From NCBI GenBank assembly GCA_038142325.1, contig JAYQJW010000002.1, forward strand, positions 320,001 to 384,000: 64,000 bases of DNA, read 5' to 3'. Positions 1-9,955 of the stretch are shown here, one piece after another; position 1 is the first letter of the stretch; each line of letters opens with the position of its first letter. This stretch comes from Gammaproteobacteria bacterium. Its GTDB lineage: Bacteria; Pseudomonadota; Gammaproteobacteria; GCA-002705445; GCA-002716945. Under the pieces are notes generated by a model. That model was not told where the DNA came from. It ran no database searches and saw only the letters and a program-made list of their open reading frames with translations. The position numbers and the translations under genes are program-made.

Positions 1-1436
1 CTGTTCCTTTGGATGGTAATGACCTTAACCCTCTTCTTCAAGATTTTGGATTAATAGTTCATCCGCCTATGCTTTATATGGGGTATGTTGGATTGTCTGT
101 TGTCTTTTCTTTTGCAATCGCATGCTGTTTCGAAGATGATTTCAAAAAAGAGTGGGCGTAATGGATTAGACCTTGGATACTTGCTTCTTGGGCATTTTTA
201 ACACTTGGAATTTCCTTAGGGAGTTGGTGGGCTTACTATGAACTTGGCTGGGGAGGCTGGTGGTTTTGGGATCCTGTTGAAAACGCTTCATTTATGCCAT
301 GGTTGATGGCAACAGCGCTACTTCACTCGGTTATCGCTACCAGTGAAAAAGGAATCTTTAAAAGTTGGACAATATTGTTATCTATATTTACTTTTTCACT
401 AAGTTTGCTTGGTACTTTCCTGGTCAGATCGGGTATTTTAATTTCAGTTCACTCATTTGCAAGCGATCCGTCCAGAGGGGTTTTTATCTTACTCATGTTA
501 ATTGCTTTGATAGGAGGGGGGTTGCTAGCTTATGCCTTGAATTCATACAAGTTCAAAGACGAAAATGAAGTGAAGCTTTTTTCTAAGGAGGGTTTTTTCC
601 TGCTAAATAATATACTTTTAGTGACCGCAACTTTTACAATCTTGCTAGGGACAATGTATCCACTATTTCTTGATATTTTAGGGCTGGAGAAAATATCTGT
701 TGGAGTACCATATTATAACGCGGTTTTTGTTCCTTTAATGATTCCTCTAATATTACTTGTTGGATATATACCTATTCTCTTATCAAGACTATCAAAAAAT
801 AAACAACTAATTCAACTTGTAGCAATACTCATAATCAGCATATTTTTATCTTTAATTTATAATGTTAATACTATTTTATTTTTTATAGGTATATTCTCTG
901 CTACATGGATAGCTGGCAATATTTTATTTGATTCATTTAAATCATATGACAACAAAATAATGTTTAGAAATAGGATAGGAATGTATTTTGCTCATTTTGG
1001 ATTGGCTGTCTTCATCGTTGGTGCAAGCGTATCTGAAAACATGAAGATTGAAAAAGAATTTACGCTTGATATTGGACAATCTAAACAAGTAGGTTTATTT
1101 AATTATAAATTTGAAAAGCTTAACGAATATAAATCAATGAATTATGATGCTTTAATAGCCTCTATCATTGTGTCAAAAGACGATCAATTCATAACTGAAA
1201 TTAATCCAGAAAAAAGGCTTTATCATTCCAGTGAATCACCAATGACCGAAGCTGGTATTAATGGTCGATTAGATAGAGACCTTTATGTTTCGTTGGGTAA
1301 CATGGTTTCAGAGAATAAGTGGTCAATTCGAGTTTATGATAAACCTCTAATACGGCTAATATGGATTGGAACAATTTTTATGATTCTTGGCGCAATCATT
1401 AGTATTAGATTTAGAAGATCACGACATTATGAATAG
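1..1436 (+). CDS. ccmF: Cytochrome c heme lyase CcmF (5' end outside window; in-frame TAA at 159-161, probably a sequencing error)
   Basis: Frame upstream of the ORF call reads [18 protein letters not shown] and [18 protein letters not shown]; followed by ccmG/H/I. Confidence 0.95.
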
Positions 1437-1944
1437 AAGCTTGTTAATTTATAGCTCTATCTTTATTTTAGTAAGCCTTTTTCTTTTTAAAGGCCTCTAT
1501 TATGATCCTAAAAAAATACAATCGCCATTGATAGGCAAAACATTTCCTAATTTTGAGTTATATGATTTAGATAATAATACACTCATCAATAATAATAATT
1601 TTTTAAGTAAGAAAACTATTGTAAATGTTTGGGCTAGTTGGTGTCTTGAATGTGAAAGAGAGCACTCATATTTAATAAATTTATCTAAAAATAAAGAAAT
1701 AGATCTAATTGGAATAAATTATAAAGATAATCCTACCGATGCACTAGCTTGGCTAAGCATGAGAGGCAATCCGTATCGTATGATTATTAAAGATCAACAA
1801 GGAGATCTATCCTTAGATCTAGGAGTGTATGGTGTACCCGAGACATATATTCTTGATGAGAATCAAGTTATTCTATATAAACATATAGGTCCAATTAATA
1901 ATCAAATAATTCAAAAAGAAATGATGCCTTTATTGAGATACTAA
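1429..1944 (+). CDS. ccmG: Thiol:disulfide interchange protein CcmG/DsbE
   Basis: N-terminal TM anchor, NVWASWCLEC thioredoxin motif, GVYGVPETY; ATG at 1429. Confidence 0.93.
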   Translation: MNRSLLIYSSIFILVSLFLFKGLYYDPKKIQSPLIGKTFPNFELYDLDNNTLINNNNFLSKKTIVNVWASWCLECEREHSYLINLSKNKEIDLIGINYKDNPTDALAWLSMRGNPYRMIIKDQQGDLSLDLGVYGVPETYILDENQVILYKHIGPINNQIIQKEMMPLLRY

Positions 1945-1946
1945 AA

Positions 1947-2300
1947 GTGAAAAGAATAAGTTTATTCATAGCTCTCTTATTTACCTTAAATATATCTTTT
2001 GCAGATGACATTGATAAGCAATATTCAAATTTAATTGAAGAGTTAAGATGTATGGTATGTCAGAATCAAAATCTTGCTGAATCAGAAGCTCCATTAGCAG
2101 TAGACATGAAAGAAAAAATAAAAGAGATGTTAAGATCTGGAAAAAATGAGGATGAAATAAAAATGTTTTTGTCTGACAGATACAGTTCCTATATTTTATA
2201 TGAGCCGCCTGTAAACAAACAAAATATAATATTATGGTTTGGTCCGTTTGTATTCATTATACTCATAGGCTTTTTTCTGTTTAAAAGATATTTAAAATGA
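1947..2300 (+). CDS. ccmH: Cytochrome c biogenesis protein CcmH
   Basis: LRCMVCQNQ motif, signal peptide, C-terminal TM. Confidence 0.93.
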   Translation: MKRISLFIALLFTLNISFADDIDKQYSNLIEELRCMVCQNQNLAESEAPLAVDMKEKIKEMLRSGKNEDEIKMFLSDRYSSYILYEPPVNKQNIILWFGPFVFIILIGFFLFKRYLK

Positions 2301-3256
2301 TTTATTTTCTACTTGTACTAATTTTAGCAATCTATATTTTTTTTCTATTTACAAATAGGGATAAGCAAAATAATTCAAAGCTATTGATAATAGTTACGAC
2401 ACTTCTCACAATCTCAATAACTTATTTATTTTCACTAAATTATCAACAATCAAATGTTGATATTTATAAGGAGATTTACAAAAAAAATGTACAGGTTAGA
2501 AACAACATAAAAACTATTAAAGATAATTTACCTAAGTTAGAGGAAAAATTAGTATCAAATCCAAATGACTTTAACGGATGGCTCATGTTAGGTAAATCTT
2601 ATTCGATACTTAAAAAATATCAAAAAGCATCAAAAGCTTATGAGGTTGCCATTAATCTAAGGCCAGATAATTCAGATGTTTTACGTGAATACATTCTTGT
2701 TTTACGAAGTGACAGTGAAACATCGAATAAAGATTCAATTGAGGAATATTTTATCAGATACATCAAACAGACAAATGATCCTCAAGCACTATTAGATCTT
2801 CTTAGTTTTTCATTCAATGTCAATGATAGCCATTTAGCACAAAAGACATTAGAGAAAATCTTAATACATCCTCAGATAAAAAATAAAGATAACTACAAAC
2901 AGATACTTGCTGATCTTAAAGAGAACTCTGTTGATAAAAAAACACTACTAGAGCTGAGAGTATCTTCAAAAAATAACTATCAGGGATACTTTTTTATGAT
3001 TCTTAGAGAAAAAGGTATCAATCAGCCATTTGCAACTCAAAGGATTAGGATTAGTGATAATGATTTCTATGTAAAGTTCACAAATGATAATTTTATGATT
3101 AAGAGTTTAGACAAGATACCTGATGCCTTTGAATTAATTATAAAGCACTCAAAAAGTGAGAGATTTTCGACAGAAGAAAAACCGATCGAAGTTTTTAAAA
3201 TGAATATTGATGATTATGACAGTATTAAAGACAAGGTTCTAAGAGTCACCTTTTAG
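2297..3256 (+). CDS. ccmI: CcmI/CycH-like TPR protein
   Basis: Two N-terminal TMs, TPR (NPNDFNGWLMLGKSY...AYEVA), last gene of ccm operon. Confidence 0.7.
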   Translation: MIYFLLVLILAIYIFFLFTNRDKQNNSKLLIIVTTLLTISITYLFSLNYQQSNVDIYKEIYKKNVQVRNNIKTIKDNLPKLEEKLVSNPNDFNGWLMLGKSYSILKKYQKASKAYEVAINLRPDNSDVLREYILVLRSDSETSNKDSIEEYFIRYIKQTNDPQALLDLLSFSFNVNDSHLAQKTLEKILIHPQIKNKDNYKQILADLKENSVDKKTLLELRVSSKNNYQGYFFMILREKGINQPFATQRIRISDNDFYVKFTNDNFMIKSLDKIPDAFELIIKHSKSERFSTEEKPIEVFKMNIDDYDSIKDKVLRVTF

Positions 3257-3931
3257 AAGTATACGATCATCAAACACAAAGCAGTCTCCTTCCCACAAAT
3301 AATCTTGTTTTTTATTCAGATAGTTGATAATACCCCCTCCTAATTGATAAACATCACTAAATCCATGTTCATTAAGAAACTTTCCGGCTTTTTCGCATCT
3401 TATTCCACCAGTACAAAAAATCGCTGTTTTCTTATTTTTATCTAGTTTATCAAGTTCATCGACTCTATCTTTTAAATCTGTAAAGTTTTTAAGTCGAAGA
3501 TTAATTGCATTTTTAAAGGTACCAAGTGAATACTCAAAATCATTTCTCATATCTATAATTTGTACATGATTATTTAGAAGCTTATTCCATGCTTCTGGAG
3601 TTACTGTTTGTAACTTATTTTTATTCTTATATTGAAATTCATAATTAAATTTTATAATCTCAGCTTTAATTTTCACTTTAAGTTTTTGGAATGCTATACC
3701 ATTACTCTCTGTTCTATTAACATGTACGTCATCTAACTCAATAACCTTACTGATATTTTGAATAGCTTTTTCTAAAAGTTCATATTCTTGACTGATATTT
3801 ATGTTTATTCCTTCTTTAGAAATCAATACTGTACCTTTGATGTTCAGCTTATCTAAACATCTAAATATCTTTTCTCTAATAGTATTTAGATTTGAAATAT
3901 CTATGAATATATAAAGACTATATACAAACAT
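3239..3931 (-). CDS. trhO: Rhodanese-domain tRNA U34 hydroxylase TrhO (YceA family)
   Basis: KGTVLISKEGIN, KLKVKIKAEII, IDMRNDFEY..GTF, FCTGGIRCEKA, YQLGGGIINY, GDCFVFDDR. Confidence 0.88.
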   Translation of the reverse strand: MFVYSLYIFIDISNLNTIREKIFRCLDKLNIKGTVLISKEGININISQEYELLEKAIQNISKVIELDDVHVNRTESNGIAFQKLKVKIKAEIIKFNYEFQYKNKNKLQTVTPEAWNKLLNNHVQIIDMRNDFEYSLGTFKNAINLRLKNFTDLKDRVDELDKLDKNKKTAIFCTGGIRCEKAGKFLNEHGFSDVYQLGGGIINYLNKKQDYLWEGDCFVFDDRILLKGDS

Positions 3932-4593
3932 TATTTAATATAACAAATTGTCATGCCATCATAAATTGATAATAAAGAGTGTTCAACCCTTACGTCTTGT
4001 TTTATTTTATCATTCAAATTTCTAATTGATTGTGTACTTTTGTTATCGATATCATTGTCAAAAACTCTACCTTTCCACAGAGTATTATCAATACATATCA
4101 CTCCACCTTTCTGCATCATTGAGATAATTAATTCATAATATTTTTCGTAATTTGATTTATCTGCATCAATAAATGCAAAATCAAACTTTTCAACATTCTG
4201 ATCTCTTAGTGACAGCAAAGCTTCCAAAGCATTATTTTTTATTAGATTAATTTTATTTTTAATTTCTGCATATTCCCAATACTTCTCAGCAATTTTTAAG
4301 TATTTATCATTATTATCTATTACGGTAAGTTTAGATTCATTTGGTATAGATGTTCCAATGCATATGGAACTATATCCAGTAAATACACCAACCTCTAAGC
4401 AATTTTTGAAATTTGATATCTTACAAAGTATAGATAAAAGTGCGCCTTGAGCCGCACCTACTTGCATAATAGAAATATCTCCTAATTTTTTAGTTTCTTC
4501 TCTATTTTTTTTTAGGAGCTCAGATTCATTGTATCCAACTAAATCTATATATTCTCTTAGGTTATCAGAGTGAATCGGAGAGCTCTTAGACAT
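3931..4593 (-). CDS. Class I SAM-dependent O-methyltransferase (CCoAOMT/Methyltransf_3 family)
   Basis: LEVGVFTGYS, FDFAFIDADKSNY, GGVICIDNTLW. Confidence 0.9.
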   Translation of the reverse strand: MSKSSPIHSDNLREYIDLVGYNESELLKKNREETKKLGDISIMQVGAAQGALLSILCKISNFKNCLEVGVFTGYSSICIGTSIPNESKLTVIDNNDKYLKIAEKYWEYAEIKNKINLIKNNALEALLSLRDQNVEKFDFAFIDADKSNYEKYYELIISMMQKGGVICIDNTLWKGRVFDNDIDNKSTQSIRNLNDKIKQDVRVEHSLLSIYDGMTICYIK

Positions 4594-5168
4594 TATTGTC
4601 TTCTTGCTTCAAATTCTATGATTAACTCAATATCATCTCCAACTAGATTGTCTTGAATTGCATACATCATCCCGTGCTCTGATCTTTTAATAACCCCTCT
4701 TGCAGAGATGCCCATTACGTATGGCTTTATGATGCCGCCGAAGGGATATTTAGCAATTTTGTTTATTTTTCCAGTTAGAACAAGTGGTTTTGTGATGCCC
4801 AATAAAGTTAGATTACCATTTATAATGGTCTCATCTTTTTCGATTTTTACATTATCTGCAGTGAATATCATCTCAGGAAATTCATCAACATTTAGAAAGT
4901 CCGGACTCATTAGATGCTCATCTCTTTTAGTGTGATTAGTAAAAACGCTATTAGTTTTTATTTTTATATTGATGTCATTAATTTTATTTTCAGTTAGATC
5001 ATGAGTATATTCTCCCTCTATCTCACGAAACATCCCTAGAGTTTTTGCATACCCAACATGATCAACTAAAAAGCCTACAGCAAAATGAGTTTCATCAATC
5101 TTGTATCTATCTTGGGAAGCAAAGGCAACAACAGGCAACAATAACAAAATAATAAATCTTTTAATCAT
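4593..5168 (-). CDS. YceI-family lipid/polyisoprenoid-binding protein
   Basis: Signal peptide, YKIDETH, RDEHLMSPDFLNVDEFP, GNLTLLGITKP. Confidence 0.9.
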   Translation of the reverse strand: MIKRFIILLLLPVVAFASQDRYKIDETHFAVGFLVDHVGYAKTLGMFREIEGEYTHDLTENKINDINIKIKTNSVFTNHTKRDEHLMSPDFLNVDEFPEMIFTADNVKIEKDETIINGNLTLLGITKPLVLTGKINKIAKYPFGGIIKPYVMGISARGVIKRSEHGMMYAIQDNLVGDDIELIIEFEARRQ

Positions 5169-5868
5169 ATTTTCTCCTATAAAGATAAAAAGTATCTTTT
5201 ACAAATGAGTAACTAATCAATATAAATACTACGTATAATAATATCCTGATTGAATCTACTGTGCTATAAATATTACATAAGGCAAGTGACAAAATTGTCA
5301 TAACACATATGAGTTTTCTAAAAAAAGACGTAGGAAGGCTTTGATTACTTATTACATTCAATCTTATTAATAGTATAAAAATATATCTATAGATTGGAAT
5401 GATTAAGATTATAAAAATAAAGTCATAATTATAAACTAGTGATATTGTAAGAATCAGAATTAGAAAATTATCAACTTCTTGATCAAAAAGACTACCAAAA
5501 GTTGTATCTTGCATTAAATATCTAGACAAAAAACCATCAGCTCCATCTAAAAGTAAACTAATAAGAATTAAGTTTATGAACAAATATTCATTATAGCCTT
5601 CTATGTTAAAAACTATCGATAATATAAATATGTTGATAGTCAATCTAGCATTAGTTAATGAATTTGGAATATTTAGTTCAGCATTATGCTTTTTGAAATG
5701 AAAAGCTAAGATGAATGAAATGACTAAAAAAATTATAATAATTTTCTTTAGATCTTCTATAAATATTATTTGAGAAAATAGTAGAATAAGCAAACTAAGG
5801 TAAGATAGATTAAATAAAAATAGTTGTAACCCAACATAACTACTATGACTATTTTTGATATAATCCAT
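5161..5868 (-). CDS. CDP-alcohol phosphatidyltransferase family membrane protein
   Basis: IPNSLT..R and DGADGFLSR-x8-GSLFDQEVD signature; multi-TM. Confidence 0.85.
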   Translation of the reverse strand: MDYIKNSHSSYVGLQLFLFNLSYLSLLILLFSQIIFIEDLKKIIIIFLVISFILAFHFKKHNAELNIPNSLTNARLTINIFILSIVFNIEGYNEYLFINLILISLLLDGADGFLSRYLMQDTTFGSLFDQEVDNFLILILTISLVYNYDFIFIILIIPIYRYIFILLIRLNVISNQSLPTSFFRKLICVMTILSLALCNIYSTVDSIRILLYVVFILISYSFVKDTFYLYRRKYD

Positions 5869-5870
5869 TT

Positions 5871-6836
5871 ATGGAACAGTATACAGCACAATCATTTTGG
5901 TCATCAAAAAAAAGAGGATCAATCAAATCTAAGACTTTAAAATATAAACTTCATGACAGTGAGGTTTTAATAGAAGCTGTCTACTCAGGCTTAAGTTATG
6001 GGACGGAGAAAATTGTCTTTGACGGTCTAGTACCCAAGAATCAATATGATCTTATGCGAGCGCCTCATCAAGAAGGATCATTCAATACCAGCGTTAAATA
6101 TGGCTATTTAAATGTTGGCAAAGTAATAAAAGGCCCTAGAAAATACGAAAATAAAATGGTTTATACAATGTATCCACATCAATCAAAATTTATAATTAAT
6201 TCATCTTTAGCAACATTAATCCCAAATTATATCCCTGCAAAAAGAGCCTTACTCACCGCAAATATGGAAACAGCTATTAATGCTATATGGGATAGCCAAC
6301 CCTCTGTTGGAGATAAAACTTATGTGATAGGTGCAGGTATAGTGGGTTTGCTTATGGCCTATGTGTTATCCAAGACATTTGGAGTTGAGGTAACGATGAT
6401 AGATAAAGATATGAAGAAGAATATTTGTAAAAGACTTAACATACCTTTTATAAACGATATTAATAAAATACAAAATCCTGATATTATTTATGAGTGTTCG
6501 GGGAATATTTCCGTATTGGATAATTTAGTCAATCATATCGCCCTTGATACAAAGATATGTATACTTAGTTGGTATGGAAAACAAAAGTCACAAATAAAAA
6601 TGGGTGAAAATTGTTTTTCTAGAAGATTAAATATGATTTTTTCTCAAGTTGGCAATATCGCTTCATATAAACTAAGGAAGTATGACAATCTCAAAAGAAG
6701 GGCACTAGCACTAGATATGCTCAATGATGATATACTAGATTATTTGATTGATAAGAAAGAATTACAATTAAATGACCTTCCTAAATTTTTTACTAAAACT
6801 TATGATAAAGGTCTAAGTAAAGTAGTTAAATATTGA
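5871..6836 (+). CDS. MDR-family (zinc-binding ADH-like) dehydrogenase
   Basis: YSGLSYGTE, KYGYLNVG, PHQ, ANMETAINAIWD, GAGIVG Rossmann motif. Confidence 0.85.
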   Translation: MEQYTAQSFWSSKKRGSIKSKTLKYKLHDSEVLIEAVYSGLSYGTEKIVFDGLVPKNQYDLMRAPHQEGSFNTSVKYGYLNVGKVIKGPRKYENKMVYTMYPHQSKFIINSSLATLIPNYIPAKRALLTANMETAINAIWDSQPSVGDKTYVIGAGIVGLLMAYVLSKTFGVEVTMIDKDMKKNICKRLNIPFINDINKIQNPDIIYECSGNISVLDNLVNHIALDTKICILSWYGKQKSQIKMGENCFSRRLNMIFSQVGNIASYKLRKYDNLKRRALALDMLNDDILDYLIDKKELQLNDLPKFFTKTYDKGLSKVVKY

Positions 6837-7230
6837 TGTTTGAATTGAAAATAAGAGATTACTGTTTTGTTGCACATAGTTTAAATGACGATTTTTTTGG
6901 GCCAGCGAAAAATCTTCACGGAGTGACTTATGTTGTTGATATGACATTATCTTCAAAAAGTTTGATTGAGAAGAATGTCATCATTGATATTGGCTTAGCT
7001 ACTGACATTTTAAAAAGAGTACTTGATAAATATAACTATAAAAATCTTGATGATTTAGATAGTTTGAAAGGGAATATTACAACGACAGAATTTATGGCAA
7101 AACAACTCACCGATGATATTTATAGTGAGTTAGAATCTAGCAGTTATCCAGTAAAAAAACTTTTCTCAATTAAAGTTAATTTAAAAAAAAAAACCATTTG
7201 GCCTCAGCTTCTTATACAAAGCTCATATAA
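6836..7230 (+). CDS. 6-pyruvoyl-tetrahydropterin synthase-like protein (COG0720, atypical PTPS-IV-like subfamily); frameshifted in A11 run at 7183-7193
   Basis: AHSL..FFGPAKNLHGVTYVVD, IIDIG, YKNLDD, NITTTEFMA; alternate frame after the A-run gives NHLASASYTKLI-stop (TAA 7228-7230). Confidence 0.82.
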
Positions 7231-7231
7231 A

Positions 7232-8215
7232 GTGAATTACTTTATTACTCCAGACCTAAGTGCTATATCTGGCGGCAATAAGTATGATAAAAGTATACTC
7301 GAATTCTTGAATAAGAAGCCTTTCAAGCTTTTAAATATATGCTTAAATAATAAGATAAAAAAACCTCTAAGTTTTTTTAATACTATTAATAAAATACCAA
7401 AAAAATCAAAAATCATTATTGATGGCTTACTTGCTATTAAAATGTTAAACATGATTAATTATCTTACAAAAAAATATGAAGTGATCATTCTGATTCATCA
7501 TCCTGTTTCATATGAGAATAGTAATAATGGCAATATATTTTTAAAACTCAAAGAAAGAAAATTATTTTCTAAGGCACATAGATTAATTACAGTAAGCAGA
7601 ACTATGAAAAGCGTCATTAGAAGGATGATTAATAAAAAGATTAATATTGATGTAGTCAGTCCAGCTGTTGACTGTATATATTATCAAAATCCTATTAGTA
7701 AATTAACTGGACATAACATAATTTGTATCGGATCTGTTATACCAAGAAAGAATATTGAAGCATGTATCACTTCACTTAAATACTTAGATAATCATTGGAC
7801 TCTTACTATAATCGGAAGTTACAAAAACGACTCATATTTTAAATATTTAAATAATTTAATAAGGGAATTTGATTTAAATAAGAGAGTGAAATTTCTAGGA
7901 AAGATTGAGGAAAATAATGATTTAATTAATATCATAAGAAAATCAAAAATTTACATATGCCTTAGTCAATATGAAGGCTATGGTATGGCAAATGTTGAAG
8001 CAGCATCACTTGGAATACCTCTTGTCGTTTCGAATTTGCCTGTCTTCCATGAAAACTTAAAAGGTTTTAAAAGAAAATATGTTGATATAAATTGTCATGA
8101 GTCCATAGCTCAGGCTATTGAAGATTTATCAAATGAAGAAATCTCAGTTATTAGTAAGACTCCTTACAGATGGAGTGATGCAGGAAATAAATTTAAGAGA
8201 GTATTAAATGCCTGA
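7232..8215 (+). CDS. Glycosyltransferase family 4 protein
   Basis: GTG start at 7232 (MNYFITPDLSAISGGNKYD), IIDGL, IHHP, GSVIPRKN, YEGYGMANVEA. Confidence 0.85.
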   Translation: MNYFITPDLSAISGGNKYDKSILEFLNKKPFKLLNICLNNKIKKPLSFFNTINKIPKKSKIIIDGLLAIKMLNMINYLTKKYEVIILIHHPVSYENSNNGNIFLKLKERKLFSKAHRLITVSRTMKSVIRRMINKKINIDVVSPAVDCIYYQNPISKLTGHNIICIGSVIPRKNIEACITSLKYLDNHWTLTIIGSYKNDSYFKYLNNLIREFDLNKRVKFLGKIEENNDLINIIRKSKIYICLSQYEGYGMANVEAASLGIPLVVSNLPVFHENLKGFKRKYVDINCHESIAQAIEDLSNEEISVISKTPYRWSDAGNKFKRVLNA

Positions 8216-9077
8216 TTATTTTAGTAAATCTTGGATAAATATGAGAATGCAATATGATGATGCAGCAAGAAGTGATATTTTAATAAACTTTTTAAGAAGT
8301 AATTCTAAGTATGACGACTATAATTTGATTGATATGTGTTCAGGTACTGGAAGTTTTCTCATCTGGTTGCTTAAAAATAATGTAACTTTTAAAAAAAATA
8401 TTCTTATTGATCATGATATGACCCTTCTTAAATCAATTAAAAGTAATTTTAGAAAATATCTCAAAGATAAATATATTGTTAAATCAAACTCTAATAATCT
8501 TAATTTAATCTTGATGGATAAAAATAAGAATAGCATTGATGTTGACATCGAGAAAAGTGATTGTCAAAAATATAATCTTGATGAAAATCAGTCTTTCATT
8601 ATAAGTTATTCTGCTGCTATTGATTTAATGTCAAAATCATCTATCACTAATTCACTATCTAATATGAAAAAAAATAATATTTTATTTTATTCACTTTGTT
8701 TCGATGGAAAGGTTAAATGGTTACCCAGTCATCATTTTGATAAATATATCTTATCTTTCTTTAATAAGCATCAAATGACGGATAAGGGCTTTGGTAAGGC
8801 CCTTGGCTATCAGGCAATAGATTATTTGACCATGAAGGCCAAGAAGTTGGGATATAGAGTAACTAAAAAGGAATCAGCATGGAATATAGTAAATTCTAAT
8901 GAAAAAGATAAGGATTTCATGCGTAGATACATTTTAGACATTAAAAAAGCTTTATATCACATGGAAGGTATAGATAAATCTATGTTAAGTGAATGGTATT
9001 TGAATAAAAAAGAATGTATACACCACAAGAAATTGAAACTATGCGTAGGACATAAGGATATTCTTGTTACCAGGTAG
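8208..9077 (+). CDS. Class I SAM-dependent methyltransferase-like protein
   Basis: W..MRMQYDDAARS, DMCSGTGS motif I, SAAIDLMS, FNKHQMTDKGFGKALG. Confidence 0.75.
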   Translation: MPDYFSKSWINMRMQYDDAARSDILINFLRSNSKYDDYNLIDMCSGTGSFLIWLLKNNVTFKKNILIDHDMTLLKSIKSNFRKYLKDKYIVKSNSNNLNLILMDKNKNSIDVDIEKSDCQKYNLDENQSFIISYSAAIDLMSKSSITNSLSNMKKNNILFYSLCFDGKVKWLPSHHFDKYILSFFNKHQMTDKGFGKALGYQAIDYLTMKAKKLGYRVTKKESAWNIVNSNEKDKDFMRRYILDIKKALYHMEGIDKSMLSEWYLNKKECIHHKKLKLCVGHKDILVTR

Positions 9078-9955
9078 TGAAAAAAGTTTTTAATTACATA
9101 TTGTCTCTATTATTGATGGTCATCATTTTGATGACATATGGGAGTGATGTGGCAGCTATTATCACAAGAGTTGATTTACTTTTTTTCCCAATAGTTTTGT
9201 TAATTAGTATCTTACAATACGCATTATCAGCATGGAGATGGAGTTACATAGCATCTAAAACTCAGTCTACAATAAAATATACTGATGCTATTAGATATTA
9301 TTACATCGCTGGATTCTTAAATAATATATTACCTACAGGAATAATCGGTGATATATATAGAACATTTAATATTAAAGTTAACAATCAACAATCTGGAAAT
9401 ATAATTAAATCTTTACAATCTGTGATATTTGAAAGACTATCTGGACAGATTGCTCTAGGAATAACCTTTATTATTTCTCTTGAAATTTACTTTATCGTAA
9501 ATGAGAAATATTTAGCTTCTTTGTATATTTTTTCATTTATTATTTTTTCAATTATCTTGCTTAAGCTGGTTTTTTATTATCAAAAGAAAAATAAGTATAT
9601 CATTAACTTTAAGTATATATTTAGCGGAAAGAGGCTTTACAAACATTTTCTCTTATCACTAATAATCGTGATGACTTATATCATTACATATATAATTTGC
9701 GCTTATTCATTAAATCTTAATATTGATTTAATTAGTTTTTTTGTTTTCGCCCCAATAATACTTCTTTCTATGGCTTTGCCAATAAGTATTGGCGGATGGG
9801 GAATTAGAGAGACAGCAGCTTTGGTCATATCCTTTTTATTGGGATTATCTGTCTCTGCGAGTGTTACAGTTGCAATTGTTTATGGGCTTACTAATCTATT
9901 ATGCTCACTTCCTGGGGCATATTTCTTTTTATCTAGACAACACTCTAAATTTTGA
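9077..9955 (+). CDS. Lysylphosphatidylglycerol-synthase TM domain (flippase-like) protein
   Basis: AWRW, FLNNILPTGIIGD.YR, VIFERLSG, LPISIGGWGIRE. Confidence 0.85.
   Translation: MKKVFNYILSLLLMVIILMTYGSDVAAIITRVDLLFFPIVLLISILQYALSAWRWSYIASKTQSTIKYTDAIRYYYIAGFLNNILPTGIIGDIYRTFNIKVNNQQSGNIIKSLQSVIFERLSGQIALGITFIISLEIYFIVNEKYLASLYIFSFIIFSIILLKLVFYYQKKNKYIINFKYIFSGKRLYKHFLLSLIIVMTYIITYIICAYSLNLNIDLISFFVFAPIILLSMALPISIGGWGIRETAALVISFLLGLSVSASVTVAIVYGLTNLLCSLPGAYFFLSRQHSKF

Noticed and set aside
159-161. In-frame TAA in ccmF (and TAG in rpsP) as stop-codon reassignment
   Set aside because: TAA, TAG and TGA all end many genes normally here. Isolated cases in an error-rich assembly are better explained as base-call errors.
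6833-8215. Apparent novel PTPS-glycosyltransferase fusion (460 aa)
   Set aside because: The junction is an A11 run. The alternate frame gives a natural PTPS C-terminus with stop at 7228-7230, and the GT4 has its own GTG start at 7232. Most likely an indel error; slippage cannot be fully excluded without reads.
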